Assembly (NCBI RefSeq): GCF_902713615.1
Contig: NC_052157.1
Span: forward strand, 25,725,203-25,789,202
Source of the DNA: Scyliorhinus canicula
Lineage: Eukaryota
DNA length: 64,000 nucleotides
Direction of reading: 5' to 3'
A model generated the notes under the pieces. That model saw only the letters and a list, made by a program, of their open reading frames with translations, did not search any database and had not been told where the DNA came from. Numbering within the stretch: the stretch's first letter is position 1; every line of letters begins with the position of its first letter. The translations under genes were made by a program, and so were the position numbers. Below, piece by piece: positions 37,200 through 50,376 of the stretch.

Positions 37200-37550
37200 A
37201 TAGCATTTACAGTGCAGAAGGAGGCCATTCGGCCCATCGAGTCTGCACCGGCTCTTGGAAAGAGCACCCTGCCCCCTACCCAAGGTCAACACCTCCACCC
37301 TATCCCCATAACCCAGTAACCCCACCCAACACTAAGGGCAATTTTGGACACTAAGGACAATTTATCATGGCCAATCCACCTAACCCGCACATCTTTGGAC
37401 TGTGGGAGGAAACCGGAGCACCCGGAGGAAACCCACGCACACACAGGGAGGACGTGCAGACTCCGCACAGACAGTGACCCAAGCCGGAATCGAACCTGGG
37501 ACCCTGGAGCTGTGAAGCGATTGTGCTATCCACAATGCTACCGTGCTGCC
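37200..37550 (-). mobile_element. Family D SINE
   Basis: Full head-core-tail on the minus strand. Confidence 0.9.
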
Positions 37551-38184
37551 GGCAGTGAGAATGGCGAGGTGGGCGGAAAAATCTGGAGATCTCAATTTCC
37601 GGTTTTCCAGGCCCCTTGCTGACCACGTAACATGAAATCCACCGGGGAAGGCCGGGATCCTCATTTTAATACATTATAATGTCCGTCGCAAGCCCTCCTT
37701 CCTGGACTTCTCCACTCACTCAATATTCATCGGCCGCTGGCGTGATGTCACGTCAGCACGATTTGCACCAGCTGTATGAAAACGAGATGGGGATATCGGG
37801 GGTAAGCACTAAGGTCATCATCACCATACAGGTTGTCAATCGCAGAGGCAGCATTGGGGAGGACGCAGGGGGCCCAGATATGTTCAACCCGCGGCCAGGA
37901 CAGGTTCAGGGGAAGGGTTCAATCTCTGGCATCTCAGGGTTGGGGTCACTCACAGGCCTGAGTGGCCCTTCATGGCTGTGAGCCTCTAGGTTTAAAGGGG
38001 TCTGGCGGCTGATTTGCAGGAAGTGCTTCCCATGTCCTGCTCGCTGGGCTTGTGGCGATGTAACCGCTGAGGGATCACCCTTCTATAGTGACAGCGGGAA
38101 AGTAGGTGGGAGCAGGTGAATGCATAGGGTCAGCATTAGGGGCAACTATGAGGTTCTTGGCTGAGGTCCTATTGGGTTTGCACT

Positions 38185-38470
38185 GACCCTCTGAAAAAGC
38201 ACTCTACCTAGGCCCACTCCCTTGTCCTAACCCCGTAACCCAATAACCCCACCTAACCTGCACATCTTGGACACTAAGGGGCAATTTAGCATGACCAGTC
38301 CACCTGACCTGCACATCTTTGGATTGTGGGAGGAAACCGGAGCACCCAGAGGAAACCCACCCAGACCCGGGGAGAAAGTGCAAATTCCACACAGTCAGTT
38401 ATCCGAGGTTGGAATTGAACCCGGGTCCCTGGCAGTGTGAGGCAGCAGTGCTAACCACCGTGCCACCGTA
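38185..38470 (-). mobile_element. Family D SINE (tail truncated)
   Basis: Core 'gggaggaaaccggagcacccagaggaaaccc'. Confidence 0.82.
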
Positions 38471-38699
38471 CTGTGTTGTCGGTGTGGCAGATGGGAGAGA
38501 CAAGGCGCTGCCATTCTCACACTCCTCAGGAATGAAGCGGCGAGCGTCTGCGGGGGTTTGCGGAGCATGGCGCCATGAAAAGTCAACGTGGAGGATCTGT
38601 GAGGATGAACAAAGTGATGCTGAATATAAAAGCAATATAACAGTGGTGACCTATCTCTGCTCGTGCCCAGGTTAATCCGGGCCCACGAGGCGCCTATAG

Positions 38700-39830
38700 T
38701 TTCTTATTCTTCCTCACTGTGCTACTCCATCTAAGTGTATCCCCAGAATCCACGTCCAGGTTGAGGTGGCCTGCTGCATTCCAGGTCTCGTTGCCTGAGA
38801 TGACCTGGACCTTCTGGGTCTAGGTCTACTTTCAATTGGCAGTGCTGCCCTCCTCAGGCTGCTCACAGGGAGGGGGGTTGTCAGCTGGAGTGGAGACCCC
38901 CGGCAACTCTTTGGCAGAAGATCCTGGGCTACGATCCTGCCGATCCTCCTCCCTTGGGGTGCTCGGGGGTCCCTGAGCTCCTTCGCGGATAGACTGGCAG
39001 CTAAGTGAGATCTGGAAGCCTCGCCATCCTTGGGCACCATGCAGTTGAAGTCCTGCACCATGGAGCTCATGCCCTCAACCACGTGGGTCATGAGATGAAC
39101 CACAAAATACACATCCAGCGCCAAGGTCTCCACTGCGGACGCCACAGTTGCAGTGTTGATCTCATTGTGTTGGCGCAGTGGCACCATCTCCTCAGACACA
39201 AGGCAATGGGACTCCTCCGATAGGCTGCGCAGTCCGAGGCAGGATGCTGTTGAACCTTCCTGATGTTCATGACTCTGCCTATGCAACTCTGGGACAACTG
39301 GACACCGGGGCATGACACCGGCCAGGGGCTCAGAAGAGTTCTGGGCTCTGGCATTCCTCCGAGTGCCAGATCCCTGAGATGTTCCTTCTTCCATCTGTTG
39401 TGGATCATCATTTGTGAGGTGCTCACCAGTGAGTGACCTAGAAGCCATCCTACTCGCAAATCTCATCGAGCTGTGAATGTGCACTGGTGGAGGATGTGGG
39501 TGGCACCTGTGACACTTCCTCAATACCCGTCTCTGAGATGTCGCCCAAGGAGATGCTCAGGTCTATGGTATCCAGACGACATGAGGATGGCATTAGTGCG
39601 TCACAGGGGCAGACTGATGGGAGAAAGTTAAGACAGGTGAGGCTTGCACAATGGCTGCATGTGTTGGGGGTTCTCACATTTGCCTGTTTCCCCCACTTCG
39701 CCCTGTGCTCAGATGTGGTCCTGCTCATCACCTGCTCAAGGGCTCTCTCCCCATAGGACGATAGGTATCTCAGTTTGGGCTGTGCCCGCTCACACCAGTT
39801 GTGCTCAAGTATGTCTTGTAATGAGACATC
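38700..39830 (-). pseudogene. Relic of a Harbinger Myb/SANT-like (NAIF1-like) partner ORF
   Basis: Minus-strand 'LRYLSSYGERALEQV' near 39730-39772, then a 269-codon low-complexity/coiled-coil-like ORF; adjacent to a Harbinger MITE. Similarity is recalled, not computed. Confidence 0.5.
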
Positions 39831-39832
39831 AT

Positions 39833-40380
39833 GGGCTGGATTCTCCGATTTCCAGCCTTGATGCTGATGCCGACGTGGGCGTTTTACGCCAGAAAAACCT
39901 GCACAACAGCTGCACCGACACCGGGATGTTTGTGGGGCCTCAACCGCACCGGGTAAAGCTCCTTACTCCCATGCCAAAAGCGGCTGGAGAAAGGCCGGGT
40001 CCATGGCTGCTCATGCGCATGACGCGGACCCGGCCTGCCAAATAATGACCCCCAGTAACCCCTCTCACCAGCCCCTGGACCACCCCCCACCAGTCCCCCC
40101 AATCCTCGCCGAAGCCCCCCCAGCCAGCAGCATGGATACCCCCCCCCCCCCCCACCCCGCAACTGTGGCGGCGCTGGACACAGTCCGCAGCCACCAAGCG
40201 GGATCCACGGAATAAAATAGCATAAGTGTTCTGCGCCATCAATAATTCGGCCCACCGGGGGTGGAGCATCGGGGGCGGGGCATTGCAAAAGCGGCACCGC
40301 CCCCGATTTTGGCACAAACGGAGATTCTCCGGCTGATCGCTGAACGCGATTTCAGAGTCGGCGATCGGAGAATCCCGCCC
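39833..40380. mobile_element. PIF/Harbinger-type MITE
   Basis: 17-bp TIRs gggctggattctccgat / atcggagaatcccgccc, flanks cat/cac. Confidence 0.82.
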
Positions 40381-40709
40381 CACATTTCTTCTCCACACCA
40401 TCCAGGAGAGGGCTCGCTGTGTGAAATATGGGGCTGTTTTTCTGGCAGCCATCTCCAAAGCCTGGGCATGGAACAAGTGTTGGGGGAGTCGGGGGGGGGG
40501 GGGAACCCAGCACCCCGCTGATTACAGAGATTAGTTTTTCCCGGGGGGAGAGAATCAGAGGCAAGCCACCATGAGCAGAGCGTGAATCAAGTGGGAAAAC
40601 ATTTTATTAAAGCGGCTCAGCGTTTGGTGGGTTTTCTCACCGGAATGACATTTCAAAAAAATATGGCACGATTCCACCAAAGTGCCAAGGCTTCTTCGGC
40701 CAGATTGAG

Positions 40710-41130
40710 GAGGCAGTGGTGTTGTGGTATTGTCACTGGAGTAGCAATCCAAAGATCCAGTTTAATGCTCTGGGGATCCGGGTTCAAATCCCACCACGGC
40801 AGATGGTGGAATATGAATTCAATAGAAGATTCCTTGTGCCGTATCCCTCTATATCCATCATTTCTATCTGTTTGTCAAGATGCCTTTTGAATGCCGTTAC
40901 TGTGTCTGCATCCATAACCTCCCCTGGCAACGCATTCTGGGCACTCACTACCCTCTGCTTAAAAAACCTGCCTCGCACATCTCCTCTAAACTTTGCCCAA
41001 CGGACCTTAAACCTAGACCCCCTGGTGACTGACCCCATCCACCCTGGGAAAGAGTGCCTGCCCATCTATCCATGACCCTCATAATCTTGTAGATCTTTAT
41101 CAGGTTACCCCTCAACCTCCGTCTTTCTAA
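40710..41130. mobile_element. tRNA-like SINE/LINE head (+, about 40710-40825) abutting a CR1 3' fragment (-, about 40825-41130)
   Basis: B-box gggttcaaatccc; minus-strand 'LERRRLRGNLI..YKIMR', 'FRGDVRGRFF.QRVV'. Confidence 0.75.
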
Positions 41131-41354
41131 GGAAGGTGAGGAGGAAGGTGACACAGCAGTTTGTAAAGGAGGAGAGAAGTGCCTGAGGAGAGGAAACCGT
41201 TTACATCATCAACCAGTTTAGGCTTCAGGAAGGGAAGTTGAATGGTCAGTAATTTTGTAGGAATGGAGTTTAAGGGAGCAGGAGGGAGGATTTATGGAGG
41301 AGATCAGCTCAGAAAAGATGTGGGGCAAGGTGGAGAGAGACACAGAGAGAAATT

Positions 41355-41535
41355 AAATGAAATGAAAATCGCTTATTGTCACGAGTAGGCTTCAAATGAA
41401 GTTACTGTGAAAAGCCCCTAGTCGCCATATTCCGGCGCCTGTTCGGGGAGGCTGGTACGGGAATTGAACCGTGCTGCTGGCCTGCCTTGGTCTGCTTTAA
41501 AAGCCAGCTCTTTAGTCCTGTGCTAAACCAGCCCC
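41355..41535 (-). mobile_element. Family B SINE
   Basis: Matches 16031-16213. Confidence 0.88.
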
Positions 41536-42290
41536 TGGAGATAAAGAAAGAGAAAAAGAGGAATAAACAAAGCTAGTGTGGGCATGGTCTTTACTCTCAC
41601 AATCTCTCTTCCATTTCTTACTCTTCAAGTCCTCTCAGACCTGTATCACACATTGTCTGCTCTCCATCTGTGTTGTATCCAGACCTCATTCTGCCTTCTC
41701 TGATGTTTGCTGCAGTTTCGTTCACTGTTTCTTTCCCACTTTTCCTCTGCATTACCCCCTTGTGATCTCACCTGACATCTACAATTCCCTCCTCGGCTGT
41801 GACTCCTGTACTTAATTCCTCAGGACAACAATAGTCATTGCAGCTGTGACTGATCCTCACTCATCTGTCTCTTCTTCATCTGTCAGGGAAAAGTTTGTGT
41901 TACAAAATAACATTTTTATACATTAAGGAACATAATAAAGATATAGGGACAAGAGAAAATCTTTTAAAATAACTATCAAAAATACCAGAGGAGTATTCAA
42001 AATCTTCTGCAGCTCTGAAATATCCAGAATAAGAGTGTGCATTAATCTTGTGTACATGGGCTAACATATACTTCAATTATTCCACAATAATTGATGTATT
42101 TATTTCTGTTTGCAATACCCCAGATGCCTATGTTCCTAGCCTCAGACATGCTATTACGAGTCGAGGTGCCTTCCAAAAGGGCAGGAGTGAAAAATCAAAA
42201 AGGGTGAGTCAATTCATGCTGCATTCATTCCTCTCTTAACGGTCATTTACCAAGGCAGGAGCAGAGACTTCAGATAGATAGGTTGCTTAC

Positions 42291-42426
42291 CTTGTCAGTT
42301 GAGGGGCGAACATGTATGCCATGGGAGGACTTGAAGAGGTAAAGAAATATAATTTTGAAAAAGAAAATCCATTTCAACAATGCATTCCCCTGACACACAG
42401 CCACATTTGTCAAAGGCAACAAATTT
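42291..42426 (-). CDS. Candidate internal or first-coding exon of an unidentified host gene (136 bp)
   Basis: Acceptor gtcatttttcag|A, strong donor AAG|gtaagc, TE-free context. One frame is fully open and signal-peptide-like (...LLKWIFFFKIIFLYLFKSSHGIHVRPSTDK); another has CCCATGG encoding MAYMFAPQLT. Confidence 0.55.
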
Positions 42427-44390
42427 CTGAAAAATGACACTGGTACAATGTGAAGCATTGCCCCCAAACAGCAGTCTTTAGTTGTATTGTTTTCATTCTG
42501 AAAAATGCCTACTCCCGAATATTGAAAGGACAACTGGGAAAATGTGCAGGCTTGCTGTCTGTCTGCTAGTCCCTGATTCCACCGCCTGATGAGTCCATGT
42601 TGCCAAAATGTCCCAATTTCTCACAAGACTATTACTGAACTAAATCATTAACGTCAGCCAGTTCGAAAATTTTGCTGTGGGGTTATGCTGTGTAGTAATG
42701 AAAATGTGAAACTGAAATTATATTATTTTGTAAAATTCAGGTGGGCGAATGGAGTTGGGCAATTGCACCTAACTGTCAGTGGCTCTGGGTGTAATGTGCT
42801 CAGCTTGATCAGTGAGTGACTGGAGAAATGCTCCGTCTCCACCGGATGTAGCATGTTCCCAAATCAATGAGAGATTGAATGCAAAAACATGACTATAACC
42901 CATTATTGCTACCTTGTGAAATGTGTGCCTTGTCAATAGGTGAGAGACGAGTTGCAGGTCTACATCAGAGGGTGATTAACAGAGGATTGTTCACAGAATG
43001 AAATGACAACCAGAGTGCTACAGTTTCTCCCGGTTCCACCATGTACATAAATCCGCAGAGAAATCTCATAAGACACTCCAAGCTCCTTTCTATTCTCACT
43101 ATTTTATGCATGTTGCCTTCCGTTTTTATTTCACTCTTCGTGTAGATATTCTTCATTTAACAATAGATAACAAAAACTTCACCCATCTTGTTGCAGTTTA
43201 GGGAAAATAAACATCTTTATGTCCCCTTGCCTTTCTGCATTGTCATTTACAATTCACTGACCTTCTCCAGTGGCTTAATTTCTATTATTGCTCATCTACA
43301 CTAGTCTGCATCTCCCCTCTAGTTAATGTATTCCGTAGCAATACATTTTACTTATGCTTCTTCCTTCTGTTCACCTCAGGACAAAACTTAGCCTGGTAAT
43401 CACACAGATATTTGCGGAGGAAAAAACACTTGTAGTCCTAGTTTAAGGGACGTATTCACCCATTTGTTCCGATAATGAACAAAATCAATTCACAAACGCA
43501 TCTTCAACACAGCGTAATTCCTCCCTAGGTCATTAGGGGCAGAGGCCAGAGCTGCAAACAATTATGAACATGGGAACCAGGGCAAAGATACTATTCATTC
43601 CACACAGCTTACAGAAGAGCACCAATTGTCACACTGATTACAATTAAACTCCCTTGAATGATATTGAAATCTACAATTTTGTAAGGGAATGAATTCCTTC
43701 TGATATGAAGCAATGGATTAGGTCATGATAGGAAGTAACAGAATTGCGTGGATTCGACCAAAATTAGTTAATTTACAACAGGTGGAAAACGCGCTCTGCT
43801 ATTCTCGGTCAAATCATAATTACGAGTGCAAGAAACATATTTACAATTTCACTATAAATAGTTGACAGACATTTGTGCTAAATGCAGGTACTATATCATA
43901 CCATGGGGCAAATTCATCGATCCCTTGCTCCCAGTGGGGTGATGAGCTTGAAGGCTCGGGGAATCAGTCCGTCAGAATTGCAGTCATATCACCAAACTGT
44001 GCCGCCTTTCATTGTTGCTTCCCACTGGGAGGGAGCACAGGATCAGTGAATATATTGTAATAGTTCAATAGAAGAAACACTGAACTAACAAGAAGCCTAT
44101 GTAATTCACAGTGAGCACCAAACAGTTTTTGCAGCAATGTAATTATTGCTAAATCATTGAATAAAACTGTGAGTCAGTGGCCCTCTGATTCCTTGCCTCG
44201 ATTTCCTCATTTGCTTCAAACTAAATAGAAAATCAGCAAAATTCTCTCGTTGTGTATTTTGCTATTTATGAAAATATAAATTATTGAGTTTAATTCTACC
44301 ACAGCTATCTGTTGTGACTGTTTTTTCAGCTGCCCAAGCAATATATTGATATTTGCTTGCAAAAGCTTATGCCCAAGGCATTTTATCAAC

Positions 44391-45226
44391 GTGTTAACAA
44401 AAGTATTTTTATTCCAAATTTTCAATATTTTGACAAATTACAACAGTAACAAAACCTAACCAACACATGTATTCCCACCACCCGCCCATACCTAGCCCTC
44501 CCTCCCTCCCTCCCCCACCCCTCCCTCAGCAGTCAACAGTAACCAACTCTCCAAAATGCAAAATGAACAAACCCCAACTTTTGTAAAACCCATCACTCAT
44601 TTTACCTTCTCCAGGGGTAAAAACCCCACTAGGTTCCCCCGCCATGCTGAGGCACAGGGTGGAGAAGCTGACCTCCACCCTAACACTACCTGTCTACGAG
44701 CACTCAGCAAGGCGAAGGCTAAGACACCTGCCCCCGCACCCGCCTGCAAGTATGGCCGCCCTACATCTCGAATATGGCCCCACATCAATGTGCAAAATCC
44801 CCCAAATGGTGCTGGAAACTGCCCTCCAAAACCTTCTCAGCTTAGGTGAAGACCAAAACGTATGTACCTGGTTTGCAGGGCCCCTCCCACATCATTCGCA
44901 GACACCTTCCACCCTCTCAAACAGCCAGGTCATCCTTGACTTTGTCAGGTGGGCCCTATACACCACCTTCAACTGTATCAGCCCCAGCATCACACACAAA
45001 GTCAAGGCATTCACCCTCCGCAGCACCTCACATCACAATACCTCCTCCAGCACTGGCCCCAGCTCATCCTCCCATTTTGCCTTAACCCCTACATGGACAT
45101 CTCATCCTCCTCCATATTCCTGCCATAAATCGTCAAGACAGGAACCCTCTCCAACCCCACCGCTGACAGCACCCCCTCCTGCAACGATGAGGTGGGCGCT
45201 ATCAGGAAAGTCGGGAAGACCTTCAA
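44391..45226 (-). mobile_element. 5'-truncated L1 3' fragment
   Basis: 12-bp TSD cattttatcaac (44379-44390, 45227-45238); 'GVLAFALLSARRQVVLGWRS'. Confidence 0.85.
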
Positions 45227-45269
45227 CATTTTATCAACTTAGCTCCTTTTATACTCAACTCATTTTACT

Positions 45270-45790
45270 ATACAGGAATAAAGGAGCATGAGTAGACCAT
45301 TCGGCCCTTCAAGCCTGTTCTGCCATTCAATTTGATCCCAGCTGACCATCTACCTCACTGCCGCTTTCCCACGCTATCTCCATATCCCTTGATGTCATTA
45401 GTCTCCAGGAAGCTATTGATCTCTGTCTTGAACATGTTCAATAATTCAGCTTCCACCGCTCTCTGGGATGTAGAATTCCAAAGTTTCACCACCCTCTGAG
45501 GGTCGTGTCTCAATCTTGAATGACCTACCCCTTATCCTGAGATTAAGTCCCCTGGTTTTAGGCTCACCAGTCGGAGGGATCTTATCCACATCCAGCCTGT
45601 CAAACCCTGTAATAATTTTATAATTTTCAATGAGGTCACCCTTCAACCTTTGCAATCCGAGGAAATACAAACCAAGAGTCTCCTCAATCTCTCTTCATAA
45701 AACAATCCCGCTATCCCAGTGATCAATCTGGTGAGCCTCCGTTAAACTCCCTCCATGGCAAGTATATCCTTCCCTGGATAATGGGACCTG
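45270..45790 (-). mobile_element. CR1 3' fragment
   Basis: 'RLKGDLIE.YKIITGFDRLD' followed by a CR1-type 3' UTR. Confidence 0.82.
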
Positions 45791-47326
45791 ATTTGCCTTT
45801 GTTCAGTTTCACAACTCTGGCTCAGAATATAATTTGTTGCAAAAGCCTCATGATAATTCCACTTTAAAAATTGCTTTCTTAACTTCACCAGTTGCAGCCT
45901 GGTCTGTTTCTTGCTCACTGTTGAACATTTCAACCTTGCCTATATTTTCCTTGAAATTAAAGCTGGTCCTAAGTTCCATGAGGGTGAAATCTTTCCTATT
46001 CAAAGCCTCAACAAAACCATTGAAATCAAAGGTTGGGGTGGGGGGGGGGAGGGGTTCTCCATCACATAGTTGGTAAGGAACCTTGAGGCTTGACGTTAGA
46101 ACTGCTGGAACATGTCACCTGGAGGAATGGCGTGAGGGTGTATCTTCAGGATTTAACGTCAACCCTAACTGGATTGCAGAAAGGTGAGAAGTTTCCCCTG
46201 AAGTTCAGTAACTCCAGGTAATGCAACCATTGTGGTTTCTGTTAACACTCTAGTCAGGAGATAACTAGCAATGAGCTCTCAAATCATGGTGAGTTGCCCT
46301 TGCCATACCACTTGCAATGAACTCTGATATCTGCGATTTCTTGGTAAAGGCATAAGATTGTGCTTTACGGTTGTCCAATGGCAAATGATTAACTCCCTAT
46401 GTTGAAGGATGGGAATGGGTGGTAGGCAAGGTCTCTCTGGAGTCAACTTGAGGTGACTGGGATGAGTCAATTGTTAATTTGATATCAGAGTTAAGCAGGT
46501 CTGCAGTATCGCAAGATGCTGTTGATGATTGATCATCAGTTCTCATTGATGGCACCAGAAATTGCAGGCCCATTAACCAAGGTCTCGGTAATCCTGCTAA
46601 CCAGTGCACTAATGATTAGGGTGGTCCTAACTAAGTGAGCAGAAGGTAGCGTACCAATGCTCTGGGCTAACAAAATTATTCTGAGGTGGTTTGTTTAATT
46701 GGGGGGGGGGGGGGGGGGGGGAATTCAACATGTGCAGCAAATTGAAGGGTGATTCCATTGTGTTTTGGATGGGAATACACTGTAAGCTCTGCTTGCTTAC
46801 CTAGAATAGCTGGAAAGGTAGATCTTGTGCACGAAGGGGATTTCAAAGTGGCAGGGACTTAATTGTATGTTCTTTATTTTCCACATTATCTTCTTGCTGG
46901 TGTTTGTTTTGGAAAGTGGGCTGTGATTGGGATTAGGAAATTTTGGTATTAGGACAAGATGGAAACAATGGTTTTTTTACCCCACCCGTTGCTGGTAGCA
47001 GAGCCCGATCCGCCGGAGAATTGAGTGTTGGACTAAAAAACGGATAGGCACCCATGCTCCGGTGACCCGCTGGTGGCGGCAGTGAGCTACATGCCCCACG
47101 CCGGAGGAGAATGCAAATGGGTCATTTGAACCCATTTGCATCCGATTAACGGGCTGGAATTGGTGGATTCTTCATAGATTTTCCCATCATTCCTGAATGC
47201 ATCTCCAATACCCTGCTTTGGTGCTGACCACAATGTTTATAAACACTCTTGCTGTGATTGACAGCCCCTCCGGACATCAAAGGCAGCTAAGTGCTACCTG
47301 CTGTGACAAAGAGGACGTCAAAGTAC

Positions 47327-47504
47327 CTGGTTTAGCACAGGGCTAAATCGCTGGCTTTGAAAGCAGACCGAGGCAGGCCAACAGCATGGTTCAATTCCGG
47401 TACCAGCCTCCTCGAACAGGCGCCGGAATGTGGCGACTAGGGGCTTTTCACAGTAACTTCATTTGAAGCCTACTTGTGACAATAAGCGATTTTCATTTCA
47501 TTTC
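47327..47504 (+). mobile_element. Family B SINE
   Basis: Head to (TTTCA)n tail; lies between the arms of a 63-bp inverted repeat. Confidence 0.88.
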
Positions 47505-48563
47505 ACCGAACTGCCTTTGATGGGGTGAGGAGCTGTCAATCACAGCGAGAGTGTTTATAAACATTGCGTAGTATCTTCTTCCTTTGTAAAGACAGATGCA
47601 AAGTATTATTTTAATGCCTTCACTATTTCTCCTGCCCCCCACGTGCAAGTCCCCCTTTTTTAAAAACACTAATCAACCCTACTCTTTCATTTATCACCCT
47701 TTTATTATTTATATGCTTATAGAAGACCATGTGATTCCCTTTTATGTTAGCTGTCATTCTCTTTTCATGCTCTCTCATTGCTTTTCTAATTAGTTTATTC
47801 ACTTCCCCTCTGTCCTACTACATTCAGCCTGATTCTCCATTGTATTTTCTGCCTGACATCTGTCATATGTGCCTTTCTTCCTTTTCATCTTCAACTCTAT
47901 CTTTCTTGTCATCCAAGGCACTTTGGATTTATTTGTCCTACCTTTCCCCTTCAAGGGAATATATCTTGATATTGCCTGCAATAGTTTTTTTTTGAAGGTG
48001 GCCCATTGTTCAGCCATTGTTTTTTCTGCCAACATGCGATTCCAGCTCACTTGACTCCGATGCATTCTCATCCCATCGAAGTTGGCTTTCCTCCAGTTAA
48101 TTATCCCTGCTCTGGATTGCTCTTGTCCCTTTTCACTATTCCTATCCCAGCCTATATTTGGATCAGTGAAGTCTCCCACGATAATTATAATTCTTGCGCC
48201 TCTCTGTAATATCTTTGAAAGTTTGTTCCTCTACATCCCTTCCATTAGTTGGTGGTTTATATACCACACTGATCAATGTCATTGCACCCTTTACAGTCCT
48301 TAGCTCTAACCAGAGAGATTCTACCCTTGATCCTTCTGGAATATTCTCTTTCTCCAGTGCTGTAATGCAATCTTTAATCAATGCTGCCACTCACCACGCC
48401 CACCCCCCCTTTCTTTCTTGCCTATCTCACCTTGTACCCAGGAACATTTAATGTCCAGTGTCATGATATGTATAATCTAAGGAGAGTAAAGGGTTAACAA
48501 GATGATGTTCGCGTATATCAACACTAGATGACATCACTTGAGTAGTCTTATAAAAGGCTGCAT

Positions 48564-49390
48564 CTCAAACCCCGGTGGAGGAGCTCAAGGGCAAGTGGGA
48601 GGAGGAGCTAGGTGAGGAGTTGGAAGCGGGTCTGTGGGCAGAGGTCCTGGGCAGGGTTAATTCCTCCTCATCATGTGCCAGACTCAGTCTAATTCAATTT
48701 AAGCTGGTCCAACGGGCAAACATGACGGCAGCGAGAATGAGCAAGTTTTTTGGGATAGAAGACAGTTGGATGAGGTGCAAGGGCTGCCCTGCAAACCATG
48801 TCCACATGTTTTGGGCATGCCCGGAGCTTAGAGTGTTCTGGCAAGGGTTCGCGAGGGCAATGTCCAAGGTGCTTAACACATGGGTGGTGCCGAGTCCAGA
48901 GATAGCGATCACTGGAGTGTCAGAAGACCCGGGAGTTCAGGGGGCGAAAGAGGCCGCCGTCTTGGCCTTTGCCTCCCTAGTAGCTCGGAGACGGATTTTA
49001 TTAATGTGGAGGAACTCGAAGCCCCCAAGTGTAGAGTCTTGGGTTACCGACATGGCTGGGTTTCTCAGCCTCGAGAAAATAAAGTTTGCCTTAAGAGGGT
49101 CTACGCTAGGGTTCTCTCGGAGGTGGAAGCTGTTCGTCGACTTTCTTGGGGAAAATTAAAATGTCAGCAGCAGCAGCAATCTGGGGGGGGGGGGGGGTGG
49201 AGGCATGAGTGCTTCATTGGGATGGTGTGGGAAGACTGGGTCGCGTGGGGTAATGTCTTTTTAATTATTATTGTATATTTTCTTTTTGCACTATGTTAAT
49301 GTTCATTCTAGTTTGTTTTGTTATTAATGGTTACTACTGTTTTATTTTGAAAAATTCTGCAAAACCTTAATGAAAATACTTTTTAAAAAA
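48564..49390 (+). mobile_element. 5'-truncated L1 3' end inserted in the LTR
   Basis: 12-bp TSD aaaaggctgcat (48552-48563, 49387-49398); open 194-aa ORF2 C-terminus ending 'FVDFLGEN*'. Confidence 0.93.
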
Positions 49391-49635
49391 GGCTGCATTT
49401 CTAAGGATTCTGGCAGAAGCTGTGGGAGAAGCTGTTGGAGTTGATGAAGAAGGATAGTGTGAGGTTGAGTTAGAATGTAGGTGTATTCGAGAGAGATAAT
49501 TAATTACTGTAACATAGATTCAGTACTATTATTTAGTTAGCTGTTACTCAGTAGAGTGCACGAACCATTTCAAGTAGTGTCAAATAAACTAGCTTTGGTT
49601 TAAACCTATAGTACTAAGTTCTTTGTAAACACTAC

Positions 49636-50376
49636 GGGTGCGATTCTCCCATATGGGGAGAAATCGTAAGGCTGGCGTCAATCCGGGCGGGTTTGACGCC
49701 AGGCCCCCCCCCCCCCCCCTTCCCGACCGGGAACCAATTCTGGTCCCCGGTTGGGGCTAGCATGCCGACACCGTAACCCGGCATCGCGGGCTTAACGAAT
49801 TTCGTTAAGCCCGCTTGCCAGAGTTAGCGCCGGCTGACGCGTCATATGACGTCAGCCGCGCATAGCGCGGATCGAAGACCTCCAACCCGCGCATGCGCGG
49901 ATGACGTCATCGCGCATTTTGCGCGAAACCCGCGCATGCGCGGGCCGGGATGCCCCTCAGCTGCCCCGCGAAGTGATACAGCGGGGCGGCGGAGGGACAA
50001 AGAGTGCGCGGGCATCGGGCCCGCTGCCCATGATCGGTGCCCACCGATCGCGGGCCCATGGCACCCTTGCACGGCCGTGGTACTGCCGTGCCAATCGTGC
50101 CATGGTTTAAAAATCGAGAGTTTACGGCCGTTTTTACGAACGGCCAGACCAGGTGTGTTTGCCGTTCGTAAAAACAGCCGTTAAGGGCTGGGAACTCGGC
50201 CCATCGATCAGCTGAGAATCGCTGCTGGCCGTAAAAAAAACGGCGGCAGCGATTCGTATCGGGTGTCGGGCGTGGGGGGGGGGGAGAATAGCGGGAGGGC
50301 GTCGGAACAGCGTGGCCGTAAAATTTTACGAGCCACGCTATTCTCCGCACCGTCGGGAGTGCAGAGAATCTCGCCC
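49636..50376. mobile_element. PIF/Harbinger-type MITE inserted in the LTR
   Basis: TIRs gggtgcgattctc / gagaatctcgccc, perfect 3-bp TSD tac. Confidence 0.87.
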
